The notes below the pieces were generated by a model. That model had not been told where the DNA came from, did no database searches, and saw only the letters and a program-made list of their open reading frames with translations. This document shows, piece by piece, positions 9,892 to 19,978 of a stretch of DNA of 64,000 nt. This stretch comes from Myxococcota bacterium. GTDB taxonomy: Bacteria; Myxococcota_A; UBA796; SXON01. The stretch lies in NCBI GenBank assembly GCA_040386535.1, contig JAZKFH010000032.1, positions 160,001 to 224,000 on the forward strand. Reading direction: 5' to 3'. How positions within the stretch are numbered: the first letter of the stretch is position 1; each line of letters begins with the position of its first letter. The translations under genes and the position numbers were made by a program.

Positions 9892-10958
9892 TTGTCGTCC
9901 GGCCTCCGCAATCCGAGCCCAACGACGACCGCGGCCTGGGGCGCCACGTCCTGGAGGAAGCGGGGGTTGAACGCCCGCTCGTCCACCTGGATCCTGCGGA
10001 ACGGATCGATGATGTCCACCGTGCAACCACACAGGCGATGCAAGGCAGCCCGCAAGCCCGGCGTCGAGGCGGCGCCTCCGGAGAGGGCCACCCGAGTCAG
10101 GGGCGCGCCGCCCGACGTGGAGAGGAAGAAGTCGAGGGACCGATGGATCTCGCTCGCGATGGTGTCCGACACGGTCGTGAGCACCCGCTCGACCTCTTCG
10201 GGCACGACCGCGGCGCGATCCTTGTCGCCGCCGCCTACCTTGAAGGCTTCGGCCTCCTCGTAGGACACGTTCATGGCACGTTGGATCTCTTCGGTGTAGG
10301 CCCGGCCGCCCATCGCGATGTCACGCGTGAACGCGCTCACACCGTTGCGAAGCACGTTCAGGTTCACCGTGGACGCGCCCACGTTCACGAGCGCGGTCGG
10401 CTCGCGGGGCAGGTCGTAATTGAGGGCGTACTGGTTCTCGAGGGCAAAGGCCGCCACGTCGATCACCGCGGGCCTCAGGCCGGCTTCGAGGACCAGGCTC
10501 TGGTACTCGTTGATCAGCTCCTTGCGGGCCGCCACCAACAGCACCTCCATCTGCCCGGCCTCGTCCGCCTGGCCCTTGAGGATGTGCGCGTCGATGTTGA
10601 CGTCGTTCACGTCGAAGGGGATGTACTGCTCCGCCTCCCAAGTGATCGACTCTTCCAGCTCCTCCTGCGTCATCACCGGCAGCGAGATCCGCTTGATGAT
10701 GACGGAGTTGCCGGCCACGCCGACGATCGCGTCACGCGACTTGACGCGATGCCGCGCGAGCAGCTCGCGGATCGTCGCGACGACCGCGCTCGTGTTCATG
10801 AACGCGCCGTCGACGATGGCCTCGGGAGGCACCGGCGCTACGCCAAAGTGTTTGAGACGCCGACGGCCCGAACGGTCTAGTTCGAACTCGAGCATCTTTA
10901 CGTGGCTGGATCCGATGTCCAGCGCGACCGCATTTCGGGGACGGGCAAACAGGGCCAA
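9888..10958 (-). CDS. pilM: Type IV pilus assembly protein PilM (actin-like)
   Basis: ALDIGSSHVK, WEAEQYIPFD, VLLVAARKE, LSGG. TTG start. Confidence 0.95.
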   Translation of the reverse strand: MALFARPRNAVALDIGSSHVKMLEFELDRSGRRRLKHFGVAPVPPEAIVDGAFMNTSAVVATIRELLARHRVKSRDAIVGVAGNSVIIKRISLPVMTQEELEESITWEAEQYIPFDVNDVNIDAHILKGQADEAGQMEVLLVAARKELINEYQSLVLEAGLRPAVIDVAAFALENQYALNYDLPREPTALVNVGASTVNLNVLRNGVSAFTRDIAMGGRAYTEEIQRAMNVSYEEAEAFKVGGGDKDRAAVVPEEVERVLTTVSDTIASEIHRSLDFFLSTSGGAPLTRVALSGGAASTPGLRAALHRLCGCTVDIIDPFRRIQVDERAFNPRFLQDVAPQAAVVVGLGLRRPDDK

Positions 10959-11034
10959 ACCGATTCCTTCGAAAGGCAGTGCGGTTGTAGCAGGAAGCGA
11001 TCGAGCGGGTCAACCGCGTGCAGGCCGCGATAGG

Positions 11035-13869
11035 ATGCCGAGCGTGCGCGTGTCGTCCACCGCTTCCCTCTCTCCCTGGCTGGCGGCAGTCGGAGTCGGC
11101 TGCGTCGGCTCGCTGTCTGTCCGGCTTTGCACCGACGTGTTCGCGGCGGGCCCGCTTCCGCTGCTCGTGGCGTTGGCCCTCGCCGCACCCGCTGCCACCT
11201 GGGCGCCCCGGAGCCCGCGAATCCAGCTGGGAGCTGCGGCATTCTCCACACTTCTCGTGGCATTTTCCGACGAATTGACACGGGCGATCGTGTGGTTGGC
11301 GGGGTACCGCGGCCTGCCGCCGATCGGCGCCGCCGTCGGACTTCTCGTCGGTCTGGGGTTGGGCAGTCCGCTGCGGAGCGCCGCGGCGCGCGCGGGGCGG
11401 GGCCCCTGGGCGCTGGCCCTCGCGTGCTTCGCCGGGGGCGCGTGGGTCGATCGAAACGTGCTGTTGATCGTCATCCTGGGGGCGGGTGCGCTGGTGGTCT
11501 CCGTGGCGCGCACCGAGGAGGCCGCTCCCGCCAGCCCGCCGTGGCGCGCGTTGGTTGGGCGTTCGTTCCTCACATTGCCAGTCGCGCTCGTGGCGTTGGG
11601 AGGGTGGGCAGTGGCGCGGCCCACCCTCGATCCCACCGTGCTCGGGCTCGTGGCCCTGGTCTGCGGGCTCGGGATGGGGGCGCTCGCGGGCCGAGCCGCC
11701 GGTCTCGCCGTGCTGGGCGTGGCGCTCACGGCCGGAATGGTCGGCCTGGTCACCACGCGCCTGCCCGACGTGCTGGGCGCATCCCCCCACGCCGGCCTGC
11801 TCGTGTTCGCTGCGTTCGGGCTCGGGCTCGGCCCGCTGCTCGGCGCGCTCCTCGGAGCCGCGGGCCGCGATCGGCGCGCCCTCTCCGTGATCCTGGGGAT
11901 GACGGCGCTCGTCCTTTCCGCGGTGGCGGGGGCGCTGCCGATGGGCCTCGCGGCGCGCGCGGCGACGGCGAACGCGGCGACCGCCTCGTCGATGGAGCGC
12001 CTCGCCGCCCTGCGCGGCCGCGCCACCCTCCTCTGGGCCGGCGTGGGGCCGACCGGCGCGGCGGCGCTGTACCGCGACGACACCCACGTGGTCGTCGAGC
12101 TCGAGGGCGGGCTGGCCGACGCCGACACCCGCGCCGGCGCCGCCGAACGTTTTGCGGGCACGCTCGCGGCCTGCGCCACCGGCGAGCGCACCCGCGCGCG
12201 GGTGGGTGGAGACGACCTCGGGCTGGCGGTCGAGGCCCTGCGCGCCCAGGGATTCCTGTCCATCGACACGGCCGTGCCCGACGCGAGCCTCGCGCGCGCG
12301 CAGGCCGACGCCCTCCCGGCCCTCGCCCGCGGCTGGCTCCACCCCTCGGTCCGGCTCGTCGCGCTCCCCTCGCCCGCCGTGCTCCGCGCCGGGCCGCGCG
12401 CGGATGCCGTCGTGGACCTCGTGCGCAGCCCCTTCACCGACGGGCGCCACACCTTCCCGGACACGAGCGCCTTGCGCGCGGCCCGCGCCGGCCTCACCCC
12501 GGGCGGCGTCCACGTGCTCGCCGTCGCCACCACGATGCTGGACGAGGCGGCGCTCCGCGCGCTCCTGCTCGATTTTGCCGACGTGTACACGAACGCCTCC
12601 TTGTGGCTCCCCCCCGAGGGCGCCGACACCGCGCTCCTCCTCGGCACGGCGGCCGGGGGCGCGCTCCCCTGGGCGGGCTTCGAGCGCTGCGTGGCCGCCG
12701 ACCGGAAGGGACTCGAATCCGCCTCGCTCCGCAGCGCGCTCGACATCGGCGCGCTCGCGATGGCTGACGCCAACGCGCTCCGCACCCTCGCCCCCGGCCG
12801 TTCGAACGGGCCGGGCCTCCCCGGCTCCCTCCGCGCGCCGCCGGGGCTGCCCCTCGCCGCCCTCGCCGCCCTCACGGCCGCCCCCGCCACCCTCTACGAC
12901 GGCGCCCCCGTCGTGGACCTCGCGGCGCGCGCGCCGAGCCGGGCGCTGCTGCTGGAGATGCTCCTGGAGGCCACACGCGGCGACATCCGCGACGCCTTCA
13001 CCCGCGCCCGCGCCCTCGCCGAGACGCCCGGGGGCGCCCGCGCGCTCGAACCTGTCGTGCGCCCCCACCTCGTGCGCGCGCGGCAGGCGATCACGCGCGG
13101 CAAACGTGAAGGCATCGCGTCGAAGGCCTGGGAGGACGCGGAGGCCGCGATCAGCACCGCCCGTGCCCTGGCGCCCGCGTACGCCGCGACCCGGTGCCTC
13201 GAGGGCGAGCTGGCGGGCGAGCGCGGGCAGCTGGCTCGCGCCGAGGAGTCCTTCGCGGCCTGCGCCGAGCTCGATCCCACCTCGCTCTACGCGCACGACG
13301 GCCTCGCGCGGGCCCGGCGCTCGCGGGGAGACCTCCTCGGCACCGAGACCGCGCTCCGCGCCGCGTTGCGCGCGCGCCCCGACGTGTGGACCACGGCCCA
13401 GAATCTAGGCTTCTTCCTCCTCGAATACGGCCGCCACGACGAGGCCGAACGCCTGTTGAAGCAGGCCTCCGCGACCCAGGCCCGCGGCGGCGGCCCGGCG
13501 GCGCCCGCCCCCTACCTCGCCCTCGCGAGCCTGTACCTCGCGTCGGAGCGCCCCGAGCTCGCGCTCGCCCAGGCGCAACGCGCGACGACCCTCGCCCCGA
13601 ACCCCGACGCGTTCGCCCTCCGCGGCGCCGCTCGTTTCGAGCTCCGCCAGCTGGACGAGGCGGAGAACGACTATCGCGAGGCGCTGAAGCTCGACCCCTC
13701 GCACGTCCTGGCGCGGGGCGGGCTCGGCCAGGTGCAGGCGACGCGCGGCGAGTACGAGCTCGCGGCCCAGAGCTGGCAGGCGGTCCTCACGGCCGACCCG
13801 GACAACGCCAAGGCGCGCGAGAACCTGCGGCTCGTGGGGCCGCGGCTCAAGGACCTCCAGCGGCCGTAG
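11035..13869 (+). CDS. Multi-TM membrane protein with degenerate spermidine-synthase/methyltransferase-like domain and C-terminal TPRs
   Basis: Many hydrophobic helices in the N-terminal third, a central LTPGGVHV segment typical of class I methyltransferase folds, and TPR repeats at the C-terminus. Start 11035 (ATG) or 11044 (GTG). Confidence 0.6.
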   Translation: MPSVRVSSTASLSPWLAAVGVGCVGSLSVRLCTDVFAAGPLPLLVALALAAPAATWAPRSPRIQLGAAAFSTLLVAFSDELTRAIVWLAGYRGLPPIGAAVGLLVGLGLGSPLRSAAARAGRGPWALALACFAGGAWVDRNVLLIVILGAGALVVSVARTEEAAPASPPWRALVGRSFLTLPVALVALGGWAVARPTLDPTVLGLVALVCGLGMGALAGRAAGLAVLGVALTAGMVGLVTTRLPDVLGASPHAGLLVFAAFGLGLGPLLGALLGAAGRDRRALSVILGMTALVLSAVAGALPMGLAARAATANAATASSMERLAALRGRATLLWAGVGPTGAAALYRDDTHVVVELEGGLADADTRAGAAERFAGTLAACATGERTRARVGGDDLGLAVEALRAQGFLSIDTAVPDASLARAQADALPALARGWLHPSVRLVALPSPAVLRAGPRADAVVDLVRSPFTDGRHTFPDTSALRAARAGLTPGGVHVLAVATTMLDEAALRALLLDFADVYTNASLWLPPEGADTALLLGTAAGGALPWAGFERCVAADRKGLESASLRSALDIGALAMADANALRTLAPGRSNGPGLPGSLRAPPGLPLAALAALTAAPATLYDGAPVVDLAARAPSRALLLEMLLEATRGDIRDAFTRARALAETPGGARALEPVVRPHLVRARQAITRGKREGIASKAWEDAEAAISTARALAPAYAATRCLEGELAGERGQLARAEESFAACAELDPTSLYAHDGLARARRSRGDLLGTETALRAALRARPDVWTTAQNLGFFLLEYGRHDEAERLLKQASATQARGGGPAAPAPYLALASLYLASERPELALAQAQRATTLAPNPDAFALRGAARFELRQLDEAENDYREALKLDPSHVLARGGLGQVQATRGEYELAAQSWQAVLTADPDNAKARENLRLVGPRLKDLQRP

Positions 13870-13999
13870 GCGAGGCGTCCTGCGAAGCAGTGGAGCCGCC
13901 GACCTCGTCTGGACCACCCCCGCCCCGCGGCGGCCGCGCGCCCGGGCGCGGGCCGGCTGCCCGATCGATGTCCGCCCGACTGCTCCTACCGGACTGGTC

Positions 14000-16900
14000 C
14001 TAGTAGATCTCCATCCACGCGATGGCGGCGGTCCCGAGGAACGGGTCGGTCGCGGCGCGGATGGTCTCGATCGAGCCGTCGGTCGTACCGGCGTAGATCG
14101 TGCCGTCCCCCGCGGTCACGCCGGACACGAACTCGTCGGCGAACTCCGCGTAGGGCGAATCCGAGGGGGTGACGCCGTCCGTTCCGTTCGTGTCGATGCC
14201 GGGGCTGCAATCGTCGAACTGGAGGCCGTAGACACGGCCGTTGCCGATCTCGCAGCGGTCCGCGTCGGGCACGTAGGTCGTGAAGTAGACGACGCCCGCG
14301 TACACCAGCGGATCGGCGGTGAGGCCCTCGCCGGCGTCGAGCGGGTAGTACCCGTCGTTGCCGTTGCACGGGATGGGCTGCGCGGTGCTGGCGCAGCTCA
14401 ACGGGCTCTCGTCGTACATCGCGAAGAAGTAGCCGGTGTTCGACGCGTCGCGATCGAAGGGCGTCCCGGTGCCCCAGTAGATGCCGAGCGAGCCGTCGCT
14501 CAGCCACGCCGTGGTGGCCGCGTAGTACACCTCGGGGCGCACGCCGACGCCGTTGGTGCCGTCGGTGCCGGTCATCGGGTCGTAGAACTCGCACCAGGTC
14601 AGGTCGTCCGGCTGGGTCGTGTTCAGGATGGCCTTGTACATCCAGGAGGAGCCGGGATCCTCGGGGTCCGCCGCGCCGGCGCCGCCCTCGTCGGTGGGGC
14701 GGTAGGTCGAGGTCACGGGGAAGTAGAGGACGTCGCCGTCGCCATCACCGTCCACGTCGACCGCGGCGAGCGCCGCCGAGATGTAGCCGTGCTCGAAGTT
14801 GGCATCGGCGTCGAGGTTCAGGTCGCTCGGGGTCTCGCCGCCGCCCATCGAGACCGAGTCCGGAAACTTGGTCCGGATGTTGTCGCCGCCGTCCTCGTAG
14901 CCGACGCTCTCGGAGCCCCAGGCGTCGTCACCGACGTTCCACATGTAGAGGTTGACCTCGGAGGACTCCCAGTAGTTGGTCCCCGAGGCGCCCGCGTAGC
15001 CGACGGCGCGCCCGCCGCCCCACATCGCGACCCATTGGTCGGGCCCGGTCGGGAAGCGCGCGTCGTACACGTTGAACACGACGGGGCGGCCGGTGCCGTA
15101 GCCCTGCGCGGTCGTGTCGTCGGCGTTGACCTGCTCCCAGAGGAAGGTCGGCGCGCTGGTGTCGGTGATGTCGAGCGCGAGCGTGACCGGGCCGCCCATT
15201 CCCTGCTGCACGACCACGACGCGGTGCCACTCGTCGGCGGCCTTGACGCCATCGCCGTTGTCGTCGATCCACACGTCTTCCACGACGGGGCTGCCGTCGA
15301 AGAGGAAGGTCTTGCCGTACCACATCAGGTCGACGAGGCTGTTCGCCCACTCCTCGTCCTTGTCGCGCATCAGCAGGTAGCCGGGCACCCACGCCCAGAG
15401 CTCCTCGCCCGCCTCGTCCTCCGTGGCGGTGGCGGGGTCGTCTTCGAGGCGGAACGCGTGCAACATGCCGTCGTTCGCGGCGAGCAGCACGATGGAGGGG
15501 ACGTCCTCGGCCTCGAGCGTCGCGAGGAACTCGCGGTAGGTCGCGTCGGTCGAGAAGTTGTTGTCGCGGGCGCTCACGACGACCGGGATGGAGTACGGCG
15601 AGTCGCCGAGCTTCCAGGTGCCGCGGGCCATGTCGAGGTACCGGAACTCGGCCTCGGGCAGGCCGCGGGCGAAGTCGATGAGGGACTGGAGATCGTCGCC
15701 GTCGACGCCGCAGTCCTGGTTCAGGTCGTACCGCTCGTCGTCCGAGCAGTCGCCCGCGGTCGTGCTGGCGTACTCCATGTACAGGTCGAGGGTGCTCGGG
15801 CTGCCGCCGACCGCCTGCGCGAACTCGTAGTCGAAGCCGATGCGCCGGGTCAGGCTCGCCTCGGAGCCGAGCGAGCTGACCATGTACGCGTAGTCTTCGT
15901 ACGTGTAGATGTCGCGCTTGCCGACACCGTCACGGTCCTCGGGGTTGGACTCCGACGCCGTGACCGGGCGGCTCACGAGGAGATCTCCGCCGTCCCACAC
16001 CGCGCCGCCGTACGCGCTCGGGCCCTCGTAGACGACCTCGCCGTAGGTGGTCGACGCCGGATCGTCGTCGAGCTCGTAGGCGCGCACGTGGCCCTGGGCC
16101 AGCGGGTTGTCGCCGGTGACCTCGTAGAACGTGTAGATGAGGTAGGAGCCGTCCGCCGTGACCACGGGGGTCGACCGGGTGTACTGCCCCGCCGCGATCT
16201 CGCTCATGATCGCGAGGATGCCCGCCAGGATCTCGCCACCGTTCGTCGCGTCGGTGTAGATGCCGTCCCCGACGGTGTTGGTGCTCGCGTTGTCGAAGAG
16301 CTGCTCGGCGATGGAGCCCGACGGCACGCCGAGCGAGATCGTGTGCACGAACGCGCGCTGAACGTCGGACAGCGACGACAGATCCAGGTTGTACATGTGC
16401 GCGACGACGTTGTCGTACATGCACTGCACGTCGGGCGAGGCGATCCCGAACGCGTCGCACGCGATCTCACCGGCGGTCGCGTTGCTGGCGGCCGCGTAGG
16501 CGAAGTCGACCTGCTCGTCGTCGACGGGGCGATCCTTCGCGAGCACGATGATGTGCGTGTCGGTGCAGGTGTAGCCGATGGGGGTCTCGCCCCAGTCACC
16601 GGTCATGCCGTCACCGTCGTCGTCCTCCTCGTCGTCGTACGTGCCGTTCTGCAGGTAGGACACCGAGACGCTCTCGACCACCTCGGCGAGGTTGCGCGTG
16701 GCGCCGGGCCAGGTCGTGACCGCGGCGAGCGCCGTGGCGATCTCGGCGTAGGAGCTGCCGACGGGCGCGATGGGGTAGAAGCTCTCGTCGCCCGGGTCGG
16801 AGCTGGTGCCGACCACGCCGTAGGCCGCGGTGTCCCAGTGGCGCGCGACCTGCTGGATCGCGTCGAGGGTGTCCTGGAGGCACGAGTCCCCGAGCCCGCT

Positions 16901-17074
16901 GCCGTCACACGGCACGGCCATGTCGGCAGAGAGGTCCACCACGAAGATCACCACCGGCGGCACGCGCTCGATGGTGGAGAGGAGCTCGTCCGTGCCGGTG
17001 CTGGCGGCCCACGAGGGCGCCCCGAGCAGGAGGAGGAGGGCGAGCGGGGCCCGATGGAACGGAAGGCGGCTCAT
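14000..17074 (-). CDS. pilY1: PilY1-family pilus tip adhesin
   Basis: Signal peptide from ATG 17074; AANDGMLHAF, GEELWAWVP, DGSPVVEDV, ALDITD, GVVYFTTYVP propeller motifs; follows the minor pilins. Confidence 0.9.
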   Translation of the reverse strand: MSRLPFHRAPLALLLLLGAPSWAASTGTDELLSTIERVPPVVIFVVDLSADMAVPCDGSGLGDSCLQDTLDAIQQVARHWDTAAYGVVGTSSDPGDESFYPIAPVGSSYAEIATALAAVTTWPGATRNLAEVVESVSVSYLQNGTYDDEEDDDGDGMTGDWGETPIGYTCTDTHIIVLAKDRPVDDEQVDFAYAAASNATAGEIACDAFGIASPDVQCMYDNVVAHMYNLDLSSLSDVQRAFVHTISLGVPSGSIAEQLFDNASTNTVGDGIYTDATNGGEILAGILAIMSEIAAGQYTRSTPVVTADGSYLIYTFYEVTGDNPLAQGHVRAYELDDDPASTTYGEVVYEGPSAYGGAVWDGGDLLVSRPVTASESNPEDRDGVGKRDIYTYEDYAYMVSSLGSEASLTRRIGFDYEFAQAVGGSPSTLDLYMEYASTTAGDCSDDERYDLNQDCGVDGDDLQSLIDFARGLPEAEFRYLDMARGTWKLGDSPYSIPVVVSARDNNFSTDATYREFLATLEAEDVPSIVLLAANDGMLHAFRLEDDPATATEDEAGEELWAWVPGYLLMRDKDEEWANSLVDLMWYGKTFLFDGSPVVEDVWIDDNGDGVKAADEWHRVVVVQQGMGGPVTLALDITDTSAPTFLWEQVNADDTTAQGYGTGRPVVFNVYDARFPTGPDQWVAMWGGGRAVGYAGASGTNYWESSEVNLYMWNVGDDAWGSESVGYEDGGDNIRTKFPDSVSMGGGETPSDLNLDADANFEHGYISAALAAVDVDGDGDGDVLYFPVTSTYRPTDEGGAGAADPEDPGSSWMYKAILNTTQPDDLTWCEFYDPMTGTDGTNGVGVRPEVYYAATTAWLSDGSLGIYWGTGTPFDRDASNTGYFFAMYDESPLSCASTAQPIPCNGNDGYYPLDAGEGLTADPLVYAGVVYFTTYVPDADRCEIGNGRVYGLQFDDCSPGIDTNGTDGVTPSDSPYAEFADEFVSGVTAGDGTIYAGTTDGSIETIRAATDPFLGTAAIAWMEIY

Positions 17075-17082
17075 GGCGTACC

Positions 17083-17634
17083 TCACCGGATCTTGCAGTC
17101 GCCGCGGACGACCTTGCGAACGGTCGAGACCACGACGGCCTGGGTGGGGTTGATCTGCGTGTAGGCGGCGTCGTCGAAGGTGGCGCGGGAGCGCATGTCC
17201 CAGAAGTCGGAGCGGTACCCGGCGCGGCCGAGCTCGGTGCTGTACCCGGGAGGCGGGTTGGAGCACTTCTGGAAGACGGCGTCGACCTCGTAGATGCCCT
17301 GGCTCATCGGATACGGGAACGCGAGCCCCTCGAAGGCGGCCTCCGCCTGGGTCTTCGGCACGAACATGCTGCCCGTGTCCGCCGTGTCCCACCCCTCGTT
17401 CGCCGGGTTCTCCGACTGGAGGAGGAACCGGGCGTGCTCGGTGCCCGCGTCCGCCGTGTTGAGCACCATCATGTGCCGACGGTTGTGCGTCGCCACGCGC
17501 TGATCCACGCCCGCCACCGACAACGACGTGGCGCCGATGATGGTCAACAGCGCGATGAGTACCAGCGCCACGAGCATGGCGTAGCCCTCACGGCGTGACG
17601 CGCGACCGGAGGCAGGCAAGGTCGGCTTCATCAT
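17083..17634 (-). CDS. pilX: Minor pilin PilX-like
   Basis: REG|YAMLVALVLIALL prepilin site without Glu5, typical of PilX; immediately upstream of pilY1. Confidence 0.8.
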   Translation of the reverse strand: MMKPTLPASGRASRREGYAMLVALVLIALLTIIGATSLSVAGVDQRVATHNRRHMMVLNTADAGTEHARFLLQSENPANEGWDTADTGSMFVPKTQAEAAFEGLAFPYPMSQGIYEVDAVFQKCSNPPPGYSTELGRAGYRSDFWDMRSRATFDDAAYTQINPTQAVVVSTVRKVVRGDCKIR

Positions 17635-18728
17635 AGGAGGCCCTGGAGACGCATGTTCCGCACGGTGACCTCGGTGGAGAGCACCTGGCGGAAGTAGTGG
17701 TCGCTCCCCGTCGATGCGGGGTTGTCCTCGAGGGCCGGGCGCTGCCCGGGGTGGAGGCGCTTCAGATCCTCGCGGCTCGAGCGCACGACGAGGCTGATGC
17801 GGATCATGTACACCTCGCTCGCCTGGTCGGCGGCGATCGTGTCGACCCAGGCCGCCGCGTCCGAGCAGTCGGTCGTCCCGGCGCCGGCGGCGAGGCAGTA
17901 GGCGAACTGGATGTCCTCGACGTTGTCGACCAGCGGCACGTCGTCCGCGTCGGGCGACTCGAAGTCGAGATCCATCATGAGCACCGGGTGGTCGGCGCTG
18001 CCCGCGCCGATGCCGTCGCTGTCGTCATTGTCGATGTAGAAGGTGACCACCTCGGCCCGCGAGCACGACATCACCAGCGGCAGGTTCTCGGCGGCGGGGC
18101 AGGTGATCGCGTAGTCGGCGTAGATCGCGTTCGACTCGACCGTGAGCTCACCGGAGCCGACGTTGGCGTCCGCCGTCATCGGCCACAAGAAGCTGCGGAA
18201 GCCCCCGATCGCGGCGTAGTCGTAACACATGAGGAGCTCGCCCTCGTGATACTGCGCCACGCGCGCCGCGTTGTGCAGCACCGCGGTGTCGACCGTGAGC
18301 GTGGTCGTCGCGCAGCTCGGCGGGAAGGTCGACGACGTGTTGACCACGAGCGAGGGGTCCATCGAGACGAGCGTGATGGCGTCGCTGCCGTTGGGGCCCG
18401 TGTTGTTGAACGACATGATCGCGGGGAGCGAGCTGTCGTCCACCCCGCCGGCGCCGAACACGCCCGACGTCGTGCCGTTCGTGCCGTACCCGGCGAGGCG
18501 CGCGGTGCGGCTCATCATGTCGGTCGCGAGCCGCGTGTTCTGGTGCATCTCCATCTGGAGATCCTGGTACACGAACTGCCGGACCTGCCCGGTGAACAGG
18601 TTGTAGAGCGCCGCGACCACGAACAGGCCGATGACGAGCGCGAACATCAGCTCGATGAGCGTGAAGCCGACCCGGGACCCGTTCCGGGTGGTGCGCGTGA
18701 AGGTGGTCCGCGTGAAGGTCGTGCGCAT
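17631..18728 (-). CDS. pilW: Minor pilin PilW-like
   Basis: RVG|FTLIELM prepilin site, RLAGY, LVDNVEDIQFAY, VTVRN. ATG at 18728. Confidence 0.85.
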   Translation of the reverse strand: MRTTFTRTTFTRTTRNGSRVGFTLIELMFALVIGLFVVAALYNLFTGQVRQFVYQDLQMEMHQNTRLATDMMSRTARLAGYGTNGTTSGVFGAGGVDDSSLPAIMSFNNTGPNGSDAITLVSMDPSLVVNTSSTFPPSCATTTLTVDTAVLHNAARVAQYHEGELLMCYDYAAIGGFRSFLWPMTADANVGSGELTVESNAIYADYAITCPAAENLPLVMSCSRAEVVTFYIDNDDSDGIGAGSADHPVLMMDLDFESPDADDVPLVDNVEDIQFAYCLAAGAGTTDCSDAAAWVDTIAADQASEVYMIRISLVVRSSREDLKRLHPGQRPALEDNPASTGSDHYFRQVLSTEVTVRNMRLQGLL

Positions 18729-19261
18729 CAGGAGTCCCGGTAACGGAACGACGAGATGGTCGTGCCATGACGGGTGTCGAAAGCCGAATCTTCGTAGGTG
18801 CAGCGCACGCGCAGCCGGACCCAGGTTGCGTTCGCGTCCATGTCCTCGACATCCCACGTGACGGTGTAGAGCGACGGCAAGGTGGGGCTCCCCGACGTGC
18901 TGTTGACCGCGTTGACCTCGGCCGGGGCGGTGGGCCACTCCAGCTCGTCGTTGACGCCGGCCGAGTCGGCATCCACCGAGCCGCCGTTGGTCAGCTCGGT
19001 CGGGCGCGAGGTGCTCGCCCAGTCCATCGACAACAGGCGCTCCATCTGCGTCTGCGCCAGGTAGGTGCAGTCCGTCAGGCGGCGCGCGTTCATGTTGGCG
19101 CGGAGGGCCTGGCTGTGGAAGCCGAACATGACGATGAGCGAGAAGCCGAGCAGCGCCGAGGCGATGAGGACTTCCACCATCGTGAAGCCGGCGCGCCCGG
19201 AGACGCGGGAGAGGCCGGAGAGGCCGGTGGTGCGGCGTCCTGAAGCGAGGGTGCGTGTCAT
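18728..19261 (-). CDS. pilV: Minor pilin PilV-like
   Basis: RAG|FTMVEVLIA prepilin site, LAQTQMERL. ATG at 19261. Confidence 0.8.
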   Translation of the reverse strand: MTRTLASGRRTTGLSGLSRVSGRAGFTMVEVLIASALLGFSLIVMFGFHSQALRANMNARRLTDCTYLAQTQMERLLSMDWASTSRPTELTNGGSVDADSAGVNDELEWPTAPAEVNAVNSTSGSPTLPSLYTVTWDVEDMDANATWVRLRVRCTYEDSAFDTRHGTTISSFRYRDS

Positions 19262-19959
19262 GGGGCGGAGGCCTCCCCGGTGCCGACCGTGGTGGCGGGG
19301 AGCGTGGTCGACGCGCCGACCTCGAGCCGGGTCAGGCCGCCGCGGGACACCCGGAGCGTGACGGACTCGTCGGCGCCGCGGCCGAGGGCGCGCTTGTTGA
19401 CGATGCGGAGCGCGACGTAGCCGTCGGCGAAGTCCGCCGCGGGGTTGGCGACCCAGCCGCGCGGCGAGAACACGATCGCGTCGGCGTTGTCGGTGCCGGG
19501 ACCGAGGAGCGTCGGCCAGCGCGCGAGGCTCACATGCGGGGTCTCGTCCGCGCCGCCGGGGGAGAGGCTGCGCTCGCCCTCGGAGCTGTCCGTGCCGTCG
19601 TCGATCGGGAGCGTGTCCCACTCGACGCTCGCGGTGCTGCGGTCACCCGCCTGCAACAGCCACTCGCCGACCTGCACGTCAGCGGGATCGAGGGCGTCAT
19701 CCGCCACGGTGAACACGATGCGGGTCTCCCGGTTGGTCGCGATCGCGGTCGCGCGGAGCGACTGGAGATCGGCGTGCAACATTCGCGCGGCCTTCATCAT
19801 GCGGAAGCGGTCGACCTCGGGTTGAATCGTGGACCACCCCATCCCGGCGAGGATCCCGATGATGGCGATCGCCACCACGAGCTCCACGAGACTGTGGCCC
19901 GACCTTGACCTTGCAAGAACCGATCCTACGCGATCCGCCGCCTCGTCTCGTTCTGTCAC
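19258..19959 (-). CDS. fimU: Minor pilin FimU/FimT-like (start uncertain)
   Basis: RSG|HSLVELVVAIAIIGILA prepilin site, IVFSPRG; first gene of the fimU-pilVWX-pilY1 order. Confidence 0.78.
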   Translation of the reverse strand: MTERDEAADRVGSVLARSRSGHSLVELVVAIAIIGILAGMGWSTIQPEVDRFRMMKAARMLHADLQSLRATAIATNRETRIVFTVADDALDPADVQVGEWLLQAGDRSTASVEWDTLPIDDGTDSSEGERSLSPGGADETPHVSLARWPTLLGPGTDNADAIVFSPRGWVANPAADFADGYVALRIVNKRALGRGADESVTLRVSRGGLTRLEVGASTTLPATTVGTGEASAP

Positions 19960-19978
19960 GGGTGGGGATGGGAAAAAA

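Noticed and set aside
18685..18728. RTTFT-RTTFT duplication in the PilW leader
   Set aside because: Short imperfect duplication in a cleaved leader peptide; most likely neutral slippage.
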